Positions 9,687 through 19,166 are shown, counted from the stretch's first letter. The stretch: 32,000 bases of DNA from Nitrosarchaeum sp. (GCA_023265135.1 JAHFUM010000009.1:1-32000), one strand, 5' to 3'. The notes: a model not told the origin generated them from the sequence alone. Made by a program: numbers and translations.

Positions 9687-10115
9687 TTGAATTTCATATT
9701 GACAGAAGCCAGCATCCATAAAACAAAATTAAATGATATTACAAATTGGGGCATCAGAGCTTCAGTAGGAGTAATTTTCATAATACAAGGATCTGGAAAA
9801 TTTGGGCTTGGATTTGTCAGTATGCTAGAAAAAATAGGATTGCCAGTAGAAATGCAGATCCCAATTGCGCTTGCAGAAGTAATTTCAGGAACATTAGTAA
9901 TAATTGGCATTCTTACTAGAATCTCAGCATCATTGATGGCAATCATTATGTTGGGAGCTATATTCTATGTCAAGCACGCATCAAATCTCACAGGAAATGG
10001 CGGGTATGCATTAGATCTAGTAATACTTGCATGCGCCTTGATGATAATTGCAGCAGGGCCAGGAAGAGTATCACTTGCTCATGTTATTAAAAAATTACCT
10101 AGGTGTCTTCACTAG
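9687..10115 (+). CDS. DoxX-family membrane protein
   Basis: 142 aa with 4 predicted TM helices and a DoxX-like layout (RASVGVIFIIQGSGKF ... LAEVISGTLVIIGILTR ... MLGAIFYVK). TTG start. Its stop overlaps the convergent M20 gene stop (CTAG). Confidence 0.7.
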   Translation: MNFILTEASIHKTKLNDITNWGIRASVGVIFIIQGSGKFGLGFVSMLEKIGLPVEMQIPIALAEVISGTLVIIGILTRISASLMAIIMLGAIFYVKHASNLTGNGGYALDLVILACALMIIAAGPGRVSLAHVIKKLPRCLH

Positions 10116-11470
10116 TCTTTTCCAAATTTTTCCATTATTAGACAGATACATTTTGTAGTTTTTCTCAATAAATCGATTCTTGTAAATTCATTTGGGGAGT
10201 GAATTCGAGAAAACATGTAGGTGCTTCCAATTGAGATACAAGGAGCAGCAAGAACAGTTACAAAAGAATGCATTGGGCCAGTACCGGCATTTGAAACGTT
10301 AAGAATTGATTTTCCAAAGGATTGATCAGCTGCTTCTTTTACTTGAGAAACAAATGGGTCAGATGGATTTGTTCGTGCAGCTGCTTCTCCATGAAAAATT
10401 TTGACCGACACATCACCAAAACCTTTTGATTTCAAATGTTTTTTTAATCTAAGAGTTTGTTTTGCTGGATCCATTTTAGGTACTAGTCTAAAATCTATTT
10501 TCACCAGTGCTTCTCCAGGAAGAACTGTTTTTGCGCCATTTCCAGTATAGCCAGAAACAAATCCTGCAATATTACAAGTTGCACCTCCAACAAGAGCTTT
10601 TTTGGCACTCAATCCGTGCATGTTGCCTACAAATGATTTTATTCCAAATTCTTTTTTAAATGATATTTCATCAAAGGGTTCTTTTGAGATTATTTCTAAA
10701 TCATTTTTTGAAAGCGGTGTTACTTCCTTATACCAATCTGTTATGAGAATTTTTCCATTTGAATCCCTTAGAGTTTGTACAGCTTCAATTAATCTCCACG
10801 CGGGATTTTTTATTAGAACAGCCAAGCTTGAATGTGCATCACGAATAGATTCTTTTACAGACAATTCAACGTATAACAATCCCTTCATTCCAAGACCAAT
10901 AATTGGACGATTTTGTGAATCAACATATCCAAATTCCCAAATAACAGCATCACATGAAAATTTCTTTTGATATTTTTTTAAATATTGTTCAACATGTGCG
11001 CTACCTGTTTCTTCCTCGCCTTCAATTACAAATTTGATATTACATGGAACATCTCCAGTAGTTTTCAGATACGCCTCAACTGCTTTTATTCTAGTGATTA
11101 ATTCGCCCTTATCGTCAGATGAACCTCTGCCAAAAATTTTATTTCCTATAATTTTTCCACTGAACGGAGGATCATCCCACAACTCAAAGGGTTCTGCAGG
11201 TTGGACATCATAGTGATTATAAAACATCAAAGTTTTGTTTGGGTTTTTCTTTGATTTTATTTCGCCATAAACAATTGGGGCTACATTTTTTAGTCGTAAA
11301 ATTTCAGTTTTTATTCCAGATTTTTTCAGTATTTTTTTTACTAACTGCGCGCATTCTTCAATTCCTTCATTTTTTGCAGAAACACTGGGTTGCCGAATCA
11401 GGGTTTGTAGTTCAGAAATAAGACTACCCATATGCATGTCAACATATTTTAAAGGAATCATGTAACTCAC
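10112..11470 (-). CDS. M20-family metallopeptidase (ArgE/DapE/ACY1/CPG2 type)
   Basis: FYNHYDVQPAEP...W..PPF, GRGSSDDKG and VIEGEEETGS are the M20 metal-ligand motifs. The GTG start at 11470 overlaps the upstream stop (GTGA); ATG 11461 is the alternative. Confidence 0.85.
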   Translation of the reverse strand: MSYMIPLKYVDMHMGSLISELQTLIRQPSVSAKNEGIEECAQLVKKILKKSGIKTEILRLKNVAPIVYGEIKSKKNPNKTLMFYNHYDVQPAEPFELWDDPPFSGKIIGNKIFGRGSSDDKGELITRIKAVEAYLKTTGDVPCNIKFVIEGEEETGSAHVEQYLKKYQKKFSCDAVIWEFGYVDSQNRPIIGLGMKGLLYVELSVKESIRDAHSSLAVLIKNPAWRLIEAVQTLRDSNGKILITDWYKEVTPLSKNDLEIISKEPFDEISFKKEFGIKSFVGNMHGLSAKKALVGGATCNIAGFVSGYTGNGAKTVLPGEALVKIDFRLVPKMDPAKQTLRLKKHLKSKGFGDVSVKIFHGEAAARTNPSDPFVSQVKEAADQSFGKSILNVSNAGTGPMHSFVTVLAAPCISIGSTYMFSRIHSPNEFTRIDLLRKTTKCICLIMEKFGKD

Positions 11471-12381
11471 ACAATTCTATCAAATGGTTTCATGGCATTT
11501 GGAAGTGCATCTAATAGATCCATAGAGGTCATGTGTAGTCCAAACTTTTTTTGAGTTGCTTTTCCAGCCAATCCATTGATAAAAGTTGCAGCTGCCGCAG
11601 ATTCCAAAGCGTTACGATTTTTTGCCAGCATTCCTGCAACCAATCCAGACAAGACATCTCCTGTTCCACCTACAGTCATTGCAGGTGTTTTTTTCTCATT
11701 AAGATATGTCGTAGTTCCATCAGAAATAACATCAGTTGCTCCTTTAAGTAAAATAGTAATTCCATTATCTTTAGCATTTTTTTCAACTAATGAAATTCGG
11801 TCTTTTTTAGAATCAGGAGGCAAGGTACCAAATAGACGTTTAAACTCTCCAGCATGTGGTGTCACTACAACATTTTTGTTAGGCAAAAGGGGCAATACTT
11901 CTGGAACAAGAGCGCTTGCATCTAATGAAAGTCGCACATCTCTATCCAAAAGAGATTTAATCAAAAGTATCAAAGAACCTCTTTCTTGAACTGCAAGTCC
12001 CATTCCAATTGTTGCAGAATCTAGTTTGTGGGGTAAGGCACCAAGAAGTTTGTTGACTGCACCACGCGTTAATTTTTGATCAACTAGAGGAATTACAATA
12101 AGATTTGGGGATATTGCACGAGTTGAAGTTACATTAATTTTTGGAACTGAAGTATACACAAGATCAACTCCACATCTCAATGCTGCAATTGAAGACAAAA
12201 TAGGAGCTCCGTGGTAGATGTAGCTGCCGCCAATAACTAAAACAGTGCCATTATCACCTTTTCGAGATTTAGCTTTTCTTGCAGATATGAATTTTTTAAC
12301 ATCTGTAATTTTGAGTATTTTTCTAACCAATACGAGATAGTGAAATGATTGGAGGAATAAATCTTGTTTTGATCTAAACAA
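11467..12381 (-). CDS. nnrD: ADP/ATP-dependent NAD(P)H-hydrate dehydratase (YjeF C-terminal / carbohydrate-kinase type)
   Basis: KGDNGTVLVIGGS..YHGAPILSSIAALRCGVDLV, TPHAGEF and GGTGDVLSGLVAGMLA are family hallmarks. The start is uncertain (TTG 12381 is the longest ORF). Confidence 0.85.
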   Translation of the reverse strand: MFRSKQDLFLQSFHYLVLVRKILKITDVKKFISARKAKSRKGDNGTVLVIGGSYIYHGAPILSSIAALRCGVDLVYTSVPKINVTSTRAISPNLIVIPLVDQKLTRGAVNKLLGALPHKLDSATIGMGLAVQERGSLILLIKSLLDRDVRLSLDASALVPEVLPLLPNKNVVVTPHAGEFKRLFGTLPPDSKKDRISLVEKNAKDNGITILLKGATDVISDGTTTYLNEKKTPAMTVGGTGDVLSGLVAGMLAKNRNALESAAAATFINGLAGKATQKKFGLHMTSMDLLDALPNAMKPFDRIV

Positions 12382-12389
12382 ACATAAAA

Positions 12390-13253
12390 TCAGATAGTTT
12401 TTTCATCAGATTCAGATTCATGAATTGTCTCAGATTCAGGATAAGATGAGACTTCAGATTTTTTCGTTGAACCTCTACCAAAAAACGCCTTTCTAGCATA
12501 GCAAAGATAGGTTGTATGACCTATTCCCTGAAAAGAATGTCTAGTTTTTCCTTCACGTGCTTCAATTGTTCTAATAATGTGTTCAGTTGACTCAATATCG
12601 GTAAACTCATTTTCAACTAGTGCAATAGTTAATTTTTCTAGCTGATTCATGGTAGGACAAATTGCAAAAACTGAGCCACTCCCTTTGAGCATTTTACGAA
12701 CTTGTGGAAGTACAGTCCAAGGATCACCCAGATCAATTAAAGCCACATCAACTTCTTCAAGGGGCATTTTTTTTGCAGTTTTCAAATCCAAATTTTGTTG
12801 TGTGACGTATTTTGACATCCCAGCTTTTTTGATATTTTTTTCAGCTATCTTCATGAAACTCTCATCTACATCAAAAGTATAGACATGTCCTCGTGGTTTT
12901 ACAACACTTGCAACAAATGAAGTAAGAGAACCACTACCAGTTCCAATCTCTAGAATTTTTTGGCCGCTTCCAATACCAGCTCTTGCAATAATGTAACCAA
13001 TATCTTTTGGATACACTATTTGTGTACCATGTTGCAATTTCATCACATAGTCATACATTGTGGGTTCGATGAGATAGACATACTTGTCTTTGTTAGTGAG
13101 TAATCTAGAACCATATTCTTTTCCTATGGCATCAGCATGTTTGATGACACCTATATGAGTATGAAGTGATTCTTTTTTAGAAATTTTAACAAGCCATTTT
13201 TTTGAGTGATTAAAGTAAAATAACACCGGAGAATTTTGCTTGATCTTTGTCAT
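12390..13253 (-). CDS. trmI: tRNA (adenine-N1)-methyltransferase, TrmI/Gcd14 family
   Basis: It has the SAM motif ILEIGTGSGSLTSFVA, plus VYTFDV, DVALIDLGDPW and VFAICPTMNQ. It heads an apparent minus-strand operon with nnrD and the M20 peptidase. Confidence 0.85.
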   Translation of the reverse strand: MTKIKQNSPVLFYFNHSKKWLVKISKKESLHTHIGVIKHADAIGKEYGSRLLTNKDKYVYLIEPTMYDYVMKLQHGTQIVYPKDIGYIIARAGIGSGQKILEIGTGSGSLTSFVASVVKPRGHVYTFDVDESFMKIAEKNIKKAGMSKYVTQQNLDLKTAKKMPLEEVDVALIDLGDPWTVLPQVRKMLKGSGSVFAICPTMNQLEKLTIALVENEFTDIESTEHIIRTIEAREGKTRHSFQGIGHTTYLCYARKAFFGRGSTKKSEVSSYPESETIHESESDEKTI

Positions 13254-13564
13254 GTGTTTTTTTTTAAAATTTTAGATAAGAATCTACTGGTAGAATTAAC
13301 TAATTTATCTATAAAGAATAAAAAGGGAACGCCCCCACTTAAGATGTTCTCAATCGGTAGTTTCTGTCCTGTTTGATTCTAGATTCCTAATCAGTTCATT
13401 GTTTTGTTCTCTGATTTTATTTACCATTAAGATGGTAGTAACCATAACTGTAATTATCTTTAAGAAATATGAACAATAGTGTGTGTGAACTGAACAAACT
13501 GATTTCATTTAAGGATGAAAAGCACATCCGTATTCAATAAATACAGCAATTTGCTAAAAACAGT

Positions 13565-13702
13565 ATGTCAAATATGAAATGTGTGTCATGTGGAATTGGT
13601 TTCTTTTCCCCAACAGGGGCAGACAAGTGTTCCAGATGTGCAGGAAATGAATCTCATGGAAGTGCAGGTCATGATTCTTGTGGCTGTGGACATAGCCACT
13701 AA
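13565..13702 (+). CDS. Small Cys/His-rich zinc-ribbon-like protein (45 aa), not in the ORF track
   Basis: ATG...TAA ORF reading MSNMKCVSCGIGFFSPTGADKCSRCAGNESHGSAGHDSCGCGHSH, with two CxxC pairs and a His/Cys tail. An AT-rich TATA-like element lies about 25 nt upstream. It sits in an otherwise ORF-free 540-nt spacer. Confidence 0.45.
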   Translation: MSNMKCVSCGIGFFSPTGADKCSRCAGNESHGSAGHDSCGCGHSH

Positions 13703-13792
13703 ATCATTTTTTTAACAATCTTCACAAGTAAAATCAAGTGTATTTTTTATCACATAAAATTAGAAACATTTCAGACTAAGAATATCATAAAA

Positions 13793-15679
13793 TTACATTT
13801 TATCAGGTGAAACAATACCAAGTAATTCAAGTGCTTTTTCTAGAGTTAATTTGAACGAATTTACAAGACATAGTCGAGAATTTTCTAATTTTTCATTGCC
13901 CAGATCTATCACTTTAACATGTTCATAGAAAGAACTGAAAGCCACAGCTAAATCATGGCAATATCTTGCTATTACTTTAGGAGATAGATTTTTTGCAGCA
14001 TCCAAAACATAAATGTCAAACAATCCAATTATTTTTACCAAATCCAATTCAAATTTATCATTCAATAAAGAAAAGTCAACGTCGATAGATGGAACTCTCA
14101 TAGATTTTTCAATTATTCTGGATGCTCTAGCATGAGAATATTGTATGTATGGAGCAGTATCACCTTCTAAACTAAGAGATTTAGCTAGATCAAATGCAAT
14201 TATCTTATCCAAATCTTGTTTTATCATCTCATAACGCAAAGTTCCAACTGCAACATGATGAGAAATTTTTTCAATTTCAGGATCAGACATTTCAGGGTGT
14301 CTTTTTCGGGTTTCCTCAATGGTTTTGTTTTTTAACAAGTCATAAACAGAATCTGCATTAACATAATGACCTTTTCTTCCGGACATCTGAGTTTGTTTAC
14401 CATCAGTATCTAACCCCAGAGTTTGTGCAGTATCAGCGCTTAGAGTGACGGATTCATAACCGAGATGAACGTATGCATCATCGGCAGATTTGAATTTAGA
14501 CATTAGATTTGTTATGATTTTTTGAAGTCTTGCTTGCCTTGAATCAATTACAGTGATTACTTTTTCACCAGTAAAGTTTTGTTTTATTTCATTACTAGAT
14601 ACCAAAGTCGTTTGCCATAGAAGATGATTGCCAGGTTGTGTTTTTTCATATTTTTGATATTTAAAAGGATCCTCTAGTAATCCTAATTTCCATGCAGCGT
14701 ATGGAATGTCCTTTGCAATGTATGTCGCCGTGCCATTACTTCTAACAAGAACCTTGTCCTCTTCGTTGTTTTCTCCTCTAATAACCCAACATCCTTCATT
14801 CTTACCCTCATTTTCAAATTCTATGAGACACATTTCTTTGAGTTTTTCAAAGATTTTACCCCATAGTCCTGAACGAATTATTTGTGATTCAAAATTAAGG
14901 CAATCATAATAGATTCCCAAGTTCCAACAAGTTTCAAGTTGACTTTCTAAAACACGCCGTGTAATTTTATCAGCAAACTGGGCAATTTCTGAATTTCCAT
15001 CCTCTAGATCTTTGAGAGTTTTTTTTCTAATCTCTTCCAAACTAGGATCCTTTTCATATTTTTCAGTAGTTTTAACATAGACATCATCACCACAGTAATG
15101 ATCAAATTTTTTTCCTGAAGGAGGATCTTGTGAAAAACCAAAGTAGGTAAAACCTACGATAATATCAGCAACTTGCAAACCAGAATCGTCGACATAATTG
15201 AGTATATTGACTTTGTAATTGGATTTTTTTAAAATTCTTGCAATAGTATCGCCAAGAACAACATTTCGGATATGACCAATATGAAGAGCTTTGTTGGGAT
15301 TAACACTGGTATGCTCTACTACTATTGTAGAATTTTTCCCCAGATCTACGGAACCAAATTCGTCTAAATTAGATTCAGATAAAATAAGTTGGTTTAATTT
15401 TTCCCAATTAGCAAAAAAGTTAAGATATCCTGAGGGATGAGATTCTACTTTAGATACAAGAGTGCTTTTAGATTTTTGATATGTTTCAGACATAAAATCT
15501 GCGATTTCTTTTGGATTTTTCTTTAGATGTTTGGCAAGTAAAAATGAAACATTTGAGCTTACGTCCCCAAATCCTGGTTTTGCAGGTTCCACAGTAAATG
15601 AAATGTCAAATATTGACATGTCATCCAATATTTTATGGATATTATTTTCGATTTCATCTATTAATGATTTGAATGACAA
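13793..15679 (-). CDS. argS: Arginine--tRNA ligase
   Basis: Class-I HIGH motif (NPNKALHIGHIRN), an MSGRKG KMSKS-like loop, and a C-terminal DALR anticodon-binding region (...APYIQYSHARASRI). Confidence 0.95.
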   Translation of the reverse strand: MSFKSLIDEIENNIHKILDDMSIFDISFTVEPAKPGFGDVSSNVSFLLAKHLKKNPKEIADFMSETYQKSKSTLVSKVESHPSGYLNFFANWEKLNQLILSESNLDEFGSVDLGKNSTIVVEHTSVNPNKALHIGHIRNVVLGDTIARILKKSNYKVNILNYVDDSGLQVADIIVGFTYFGFSQDPPSGKKFDHYCGDDVYVKTTEKYEKDPSLEEIRKKTLKDLEDGNSEIAQFADKITRRVLESQLETCWNLGIYYDCLNFESQIIRSGLWGKIFEKLKEMCLIEFENEGKNEGCWVIRGENNEEDKVLVRSNGTATYIAKDIPYAAWKLGLLEDPFKYQKYEKTQPGNHLLWQTTLVSSNEIKQNFTGEKVITVIDSRQARLQKIITNLMSKFKSADDAYVHLGYESVTLSADTAQTLGLDTDGKQTQMSGRKGHYVNADSVYDLLKNKTIEETRKRHPEMSDPEIEKISHHVAVGTLRYEMIKQDLDKIIAFDLAKSLSLEGDTAPYIQYSHARASRIIEKSMRVPSIDVDFSLLNDKFELDLVKIIGLFDIYVLDAAKNLSPKVIARYCHDLAVAFSSFYEHVKVIDLGNEKLENSRLCLVNSFKLTLEKALELLGIVSPDKM

Positions 15680-15681
15680 TA

Positions 15682-16377
15682 CTATACCTCAGATAATTTG
15701 GGTGCTAATTTATCTAGTGCTTCGATAACTCCATCTCCAGATTTAGCAGACATGGTCATTGTTGCCTGAGATTTGACATATTCAGAAGAATTTCCCAAGG
15801 CAATACTAGTTTTTGCAACTTTGAATAAAGGAATGTCAGTTGCACTGTCTCCTATTGCAATAACATCCTGGCTGGAAATAGATAATCTTTTCATGATCTC
15901 TTGGAATCCAGTACCCTTGTCAATTCCACATGAATTGATGTGGAATGCATATTGACTGTCTGAAAGCAAAACGTCCAAATTTTTCTCTAAAACTAATTGC
16001 TTTGCCAGTTCCAAATCAAATGTTCGCTCCAATACAACTTCAGTCATTCGTGGAAAAACTGGTTTTTCTATTACATTATTGATTTCTTTTTTAATAATTT
16101 GAAATGCTTGTTGGCATTGTAGTATTTTGCCAAGTAGAATATGCTCATTTGTATTTACAGTGATACACCCACCATTTTCACCTACAGCGATTCTTGTAGT
16201 TCCACCAAAAACAGACAACAAGTATGCCTCAACAGAGGATCTACCAGTCACAAAGATCACATTATGACCAATGTTTTTCATATGCCTCAGAGCTGAAAGG
16301 GCATCTAAATTAATTCGGCCAGAACCATTTTCAGTTATAGTACCATCTATATCCACGGCAAATGTTTTGGGCTTCAC
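15682..16377 (-). CDS. HAD-superfamily phosphatase, archaeal phosphoglycolate phosphatase / SPP-like
   Basis: GTG start. HAD motif I is FAVDIDGTIT, motif II is VTGRS, and motif III/IV is KG...AIGDSATDIPLF. It ends 2 nt before argS. Confidence 0.75.
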   Translation of the reverse strand: MKPKTFAVDIDGTITENGSGRINLDALSALRHMKNIGHNVIFVTGRSSVEAYLLSVFGGTTRIAVGENGGCITVNTNEHILLGKILQCQQAFQIIKKEINNVIEKPVFPRMTEVVLERTFDLELAKQLVLEKNLDVLLSDSQYAFHINSCGIDKGTGFQEIMKRLSISSQDVIAIGDSATDIPLFKVAKTSIALGNSSEYVKSQATMTMSAKSGDGVIEALDKLAPKLSEV

Positions 16378-16535
16378 GTAAGTGGTTATTTGAACTAAAT
16401 AATATTTGCTCCGTGTGATTCTTTGCCTAGATTAAAAAACATTGTTTAGAAACAGAATTGAAAAAAATATTGTAAAAAAATAAGAAAAAGATAATTGAAT
16501 TTAAATTACTTTAAACGAAATTAACTTGAAATCTT

Positions 16536-16664
16536 TTACTTTCTATGTTTTGGCAGACATGCTTTACAATATACAGGTCTGTCAGGTTTTGGTTCAAAAG
16601 GTACTTTGTCTTCCTTACCACAATCTGCACATGTGCAAGGATACATTATTCTTTCTTCGGACAT
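16536..16664 (-). CDS. Small CxxC-x17-CxxC zinc-finger protein (42 aa), not in the ORF track
   Basis: MSEERIMYPCTCADCGKEDKVPFEPKPDRPVYCKACLPKHRK. The pattern C-x2-C-G-x3-V-P-F-x-P-x3-R-P-V-Y-C-x2-C matches the widespread CxxC-x17-CxxC domain. Confidence 0.6.
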   Translation of the reverse strand: MSEERIMYPCTCADCGKEDKVPFEPKPDRPVYCKACLPKHRK

Positions 16665-16871
16665 AACTTTATGCAGTTTTTACCTCTTAAGTACTATTGT
16701 ATTATTTTAAAAAATAAATAACGATACTGCAAACTACATTTCAAAGAAATACAAGAGAAAGGGACAAACTCAGAAAAACAAAATCAAAAAAAGACGTTTT
16801 TTGAACCTTCTGCATATCCTTGGTTTTGACAAGGAGTTACAATAGTTATTAGCATCATCGTTTACAATAGT

Positions 16872-17030
16872 ATGATGATTCACAAAATTCAATATTTTGA
16901 AGCTAAGAAGTTATCTCAAGGAGTATTCCTTCAAGATGTAGTCAATGAGTTTTTAGCTCAAAAGGGTGAAAACATAATTTCAGTTCATCCTATAATGGAT
17001 GATACATTATTAGTTCACTATAAAGAATAA
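16872..17030 (+). CDS. Hypothetical small protein (52 aa), not in the ORF track
   Basis: ATG ORF reading MMIHKIQYFEAKKLSQGVFLQDVVNEFLAQKGENIISVHPIMDDTLLVHYKE, with plausible globular composition. No family was recognised. Confidence 0.3.
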   Translation: MMIHKIQYFEAKKLSQGVFLQDVVNEFLAQKGENIISVHPIMDDTLLVHYKE

Positions 17031-17102
17031 TAAATTTTATCACAGTGATTTTTTTAGATTTTCCAAACAGTTTCAAATCCAAGACAAATCTAAAATGGTA
17101 GA

Positions 17103-17240
17103 TTATCGTCGTGTTTGGATTTTTTTTTCTAAAATATCTATCAACTCATTGACCATGAAATCGCCATCACGGACATGGCTTATTCCAGTAATAGTCTTTA
17201 TTCTAGTCATTGTTTCAGCAGTGATTTGTAATTGAGGCAT
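17103..17240 (-). CDS. Hypothetical small protein (45 aa), possibly ribbon-helix-helix-like, not in the ORF track
   Basis: ATG ORF reading MPQLQITAETMTRIKTITGISHVRDGDFMVNELIDILEKKIQTRR. It shows a short N-terminal strand followed by a two-helix pattern, which is weak evidence. Confidence 0.3.
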   Translation of the reverse strand: MPQLQITAETMTRIKTITGISHVRDGDFMVNELIDILEKKIQTRR

Positions 17241-17513
17241 ACATTATAAACAGTTCATTGTTATTTAAAGCAAAGAAATCATCAAAAAACACCAGATAAA
17301 CCCTAGGCAGGAAAAGATTGTTTAATTACACTTACAATCACAATCAAACATTTCTGCTTTTTTCATGCACTGATCATGATGTTCATGATAACATTTGTCA
17401 CAAGTAACCAATTCACATCTTTAAAAGTTACAGAGATAAATACCGACGTAATTGATTGAGCCCTTACAAAAATGTCACAACTATAATGAGGTTATCAATA
17501 AAGAGATTAAAAC

Positions 17514-17741
17514 ATGACAAAAAAAGGAATCATCGCGGAAATTTTTAGCAAAGCAAGATTTGCTGATAATGTAAATTCATACAAAATTTTCTATAGAGAT
17601 TTTGAGAATCTAAGGGAAACAACATTGCCTGAATTTATCAAAGAATCGAATAATTTTCAAACCATTCCAATCTCAAGAATAGAGATAATTAAGAAAAATC
17701 ATAGGATTTTATTTGAAAAGAATACTAAGAATATTGAATAG
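17514..17741 (+). CDS. Small DUF504/UPF0248-like protein (75 aa)
   Basis: YKIFYRDF...TIPISRIEIIKKNHRILFEK resembles the archaeal UPF0248 pattern (..y.dR......IP.HRI..I...g..iw.r). It ends 2 nt before the DRG gene. Confidence 0.5.
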   Translation: MTKKGIIAEIFSKARFADNVNSYKIFYRDFENLRETTLPEFIKESNNFQTIPISRIEIIKKNHRILFEKNTKNIE

Positions 17742-17743
17742 AT

Positions 17744-18853
17744 TTGGGAATTCCTGAAAAAATTAAAGCCATTCAAGATGAAATGGCAAAAACTCAGATC
17801 AATAAAGCTACAAATCACCATATTGGTTTACTAAAAGCAAAAATTGCAAAATTAAAACGAGAGCAAGAAGATAAAGAAATTCAAAAAAAGGGTGCGAAAA
17901 CAGATGGCTTTGATGTCAGACGGGCAGGAGATGCTACAGTTGTATTTATCGGATTACCAAGTGTTGGAAAATCAACATTACTAAATAAATTAACAGATGC
18001 GAAATCAGCAGTTGCTGCTTATCAATTTACAACTTTAACAGTAGTTCCAGGAATGATGGAGTATAGAGGAGCTAAAATTCAAGTTCTCGATTTACCAGGA
18101 ATTATCAAAGGAGCATCAAGTGGAAAAGGGCTAGGCAAAAGAATTCTTTCAGTCGCAAGAACAGCTGATTTAGTTTTACTTATGCTGGATGTTTTTCAGC
18201 CTTTTCATGAAGACGTATTAGTCAATGAATTAGGAAACATAGGAATTAGACTAAACAAATTACCGCCAAACATCACTATTGAAAAATCCCCAATGGGAGG
18301 AATCGCCATTGCTCAACAAGTAAAATTAACTAAAATTTCAGAACAACATCTAAAAGACATTTTACATATTTACGGAGTAATTAGTGCCAGAGTTGTAATT
18401 CGAGAAGACATCACATCAGAACAATTAGCAGATCACATTGCTGGAAATATTAGTTATTCAAAATCGCTCACAATTTTAAATAAAATAGATCTGGTGGACA
18501 GAGAGTTTCTAGATGATTTAAAAACAAAAATAAAATCAGAAGTAATTGAAGTTTCAGCAAATTCAGAAATCAACATAGAATTGCTAAAAGAGAAAATTTA
18601 CGAGAAGCTTAATTTCATTAGAATATACATGAGACCAAAAGGCGGTGAAACGGATTTTAAAGAACCGCTAATTACCAGAGAAGGAGACACAGTAGAAGAT
18701 ATTTGTAATAAACTGCATCGAAGCATGAAAAGACAATTCAGATATGGTTTGATTTGGGGTAAAAGTGTAAAATTTGGAGGGCAAAGAGTAGGATTAGATC
18801 ACATTGTGCAAGATGAAGATGTTTTAACAATAATTAAAACACGCGGAGCATAA
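17744..18853 (+). CDS. DRG-family (Obg-like) GTP-binding protein with C-terminal TGS domain
   Basis: TTG start giving (M)GIPEKIKAIQDEMAKTQINKATNHHIGLLKAKIAKLK. G1 is GLPSVGKST, G3 is DLPG and G4 is NKID. The TGS-like C-terminus reads RIYMRPKG...VEDICNKLH... Confidence 0.9.
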   Translation: MGIPEKIKAIQDEMAKTQINKATNHHIGLLKAKIAKLKREQEDKEIQKKGAKTDGFDVRRAGDATVVFIGLPSVGKSTLLNKLTDAKSAVAAYQFTTLTVVPGMMEYRGAKIQVLDLPGIIKGASSGKGLGKRILSVARTADLVLLMLDVFQPFHEDVLVNELGNIGIRLNKLPPNITIEKSPMGGIAIAQQVKLTKISEQHLKDILHIYGVISARVVIREDITSEQLADHIAGNISYSKSLTILNKIDLVDREFLDDLKTKIKSEVIEVSANSEINIELLKEKIYEKLNFIRIYMRPKGGETDFKEPLITREGDTVEDICNKLHRSMKRQFRYGLIWGKSVKFGGQRVGLDHIVQDEDVLTIIKTRGA

Positions 18854-18874
18854 TATTTAGTTTCAAATAACAAA

Positions 18875-19051
18875 ATGGATCAAGATACAGAGCATAGATG
18901 GTGCCGATATTGCATGGCAAAAACAAAACAGATCATTGTTTTTCTTCCAGAAATGGCAACATACAAGCGTAGAAGACAATACAAATGCACTATTTGTGGA
19001 AAAAAAAGTTGGTTGCAGGGAAGAAGACCATCAGCTGAAAGTGTTTATTGA
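18875..19051 (+). CDS. Small zinc-ribbon protein (58 aa), not in the ORF track
   Basis: MDQDTEHRWCRYCMAKTKQIIVFLPEMATYKRRRQYKCTICGKKSWLQGRRPSAESVY has two CxxC knuckles about 25 residues apart. It starts 21 nt after the DRG stop. The track ORF 18936-19118 is in another frame and looks like noise. Confidence 0.5.
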   Translation: MDQDTEHRWCRYCMAKTKQIIVFLPEMATYKRRRQYKCTICGKKSWLQGRRPSAESVY

Positions 19052-19166
19052 ATTTTTCCGATCAAAATTAAATTTTAATAAAAAAATTTCGTTGACAAAT
19101 AGTAATCAGTTTGTGTAATTTTGTTTAGTCTAACTATAGAAAAACTACGAAAATGCCGATTCAGTA

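Noticed and set aside
13350-13445. 31-aa minus-strand ORF MVTTILMVNKIREQNNELIRNLESNRTETTD
   Set aside because: It is too short, has no recognisable motif, and has no clear promoter context.
17322-17411. 29-codon Cys/His-rich ORF (LVTCDKCYHEHHDQCMKKAEMFDCDCKCN)
   Set aside because: It has only a TTG start directly after an in-frame stop and is very short. The composition is interesting, but that is insufficient for a feature call, so it is mentioned only within the mini-ORF finding.
18936-19118. 60-aa track ORF MFFFQKWQHTSVEDN...
   Set aside because: It is in a different frame from the 58-aa zinc-ribbon ORF (18875-19051), which has ordered CxxC motifs. This one has noise-like composition and runs into AT-rich spacer.
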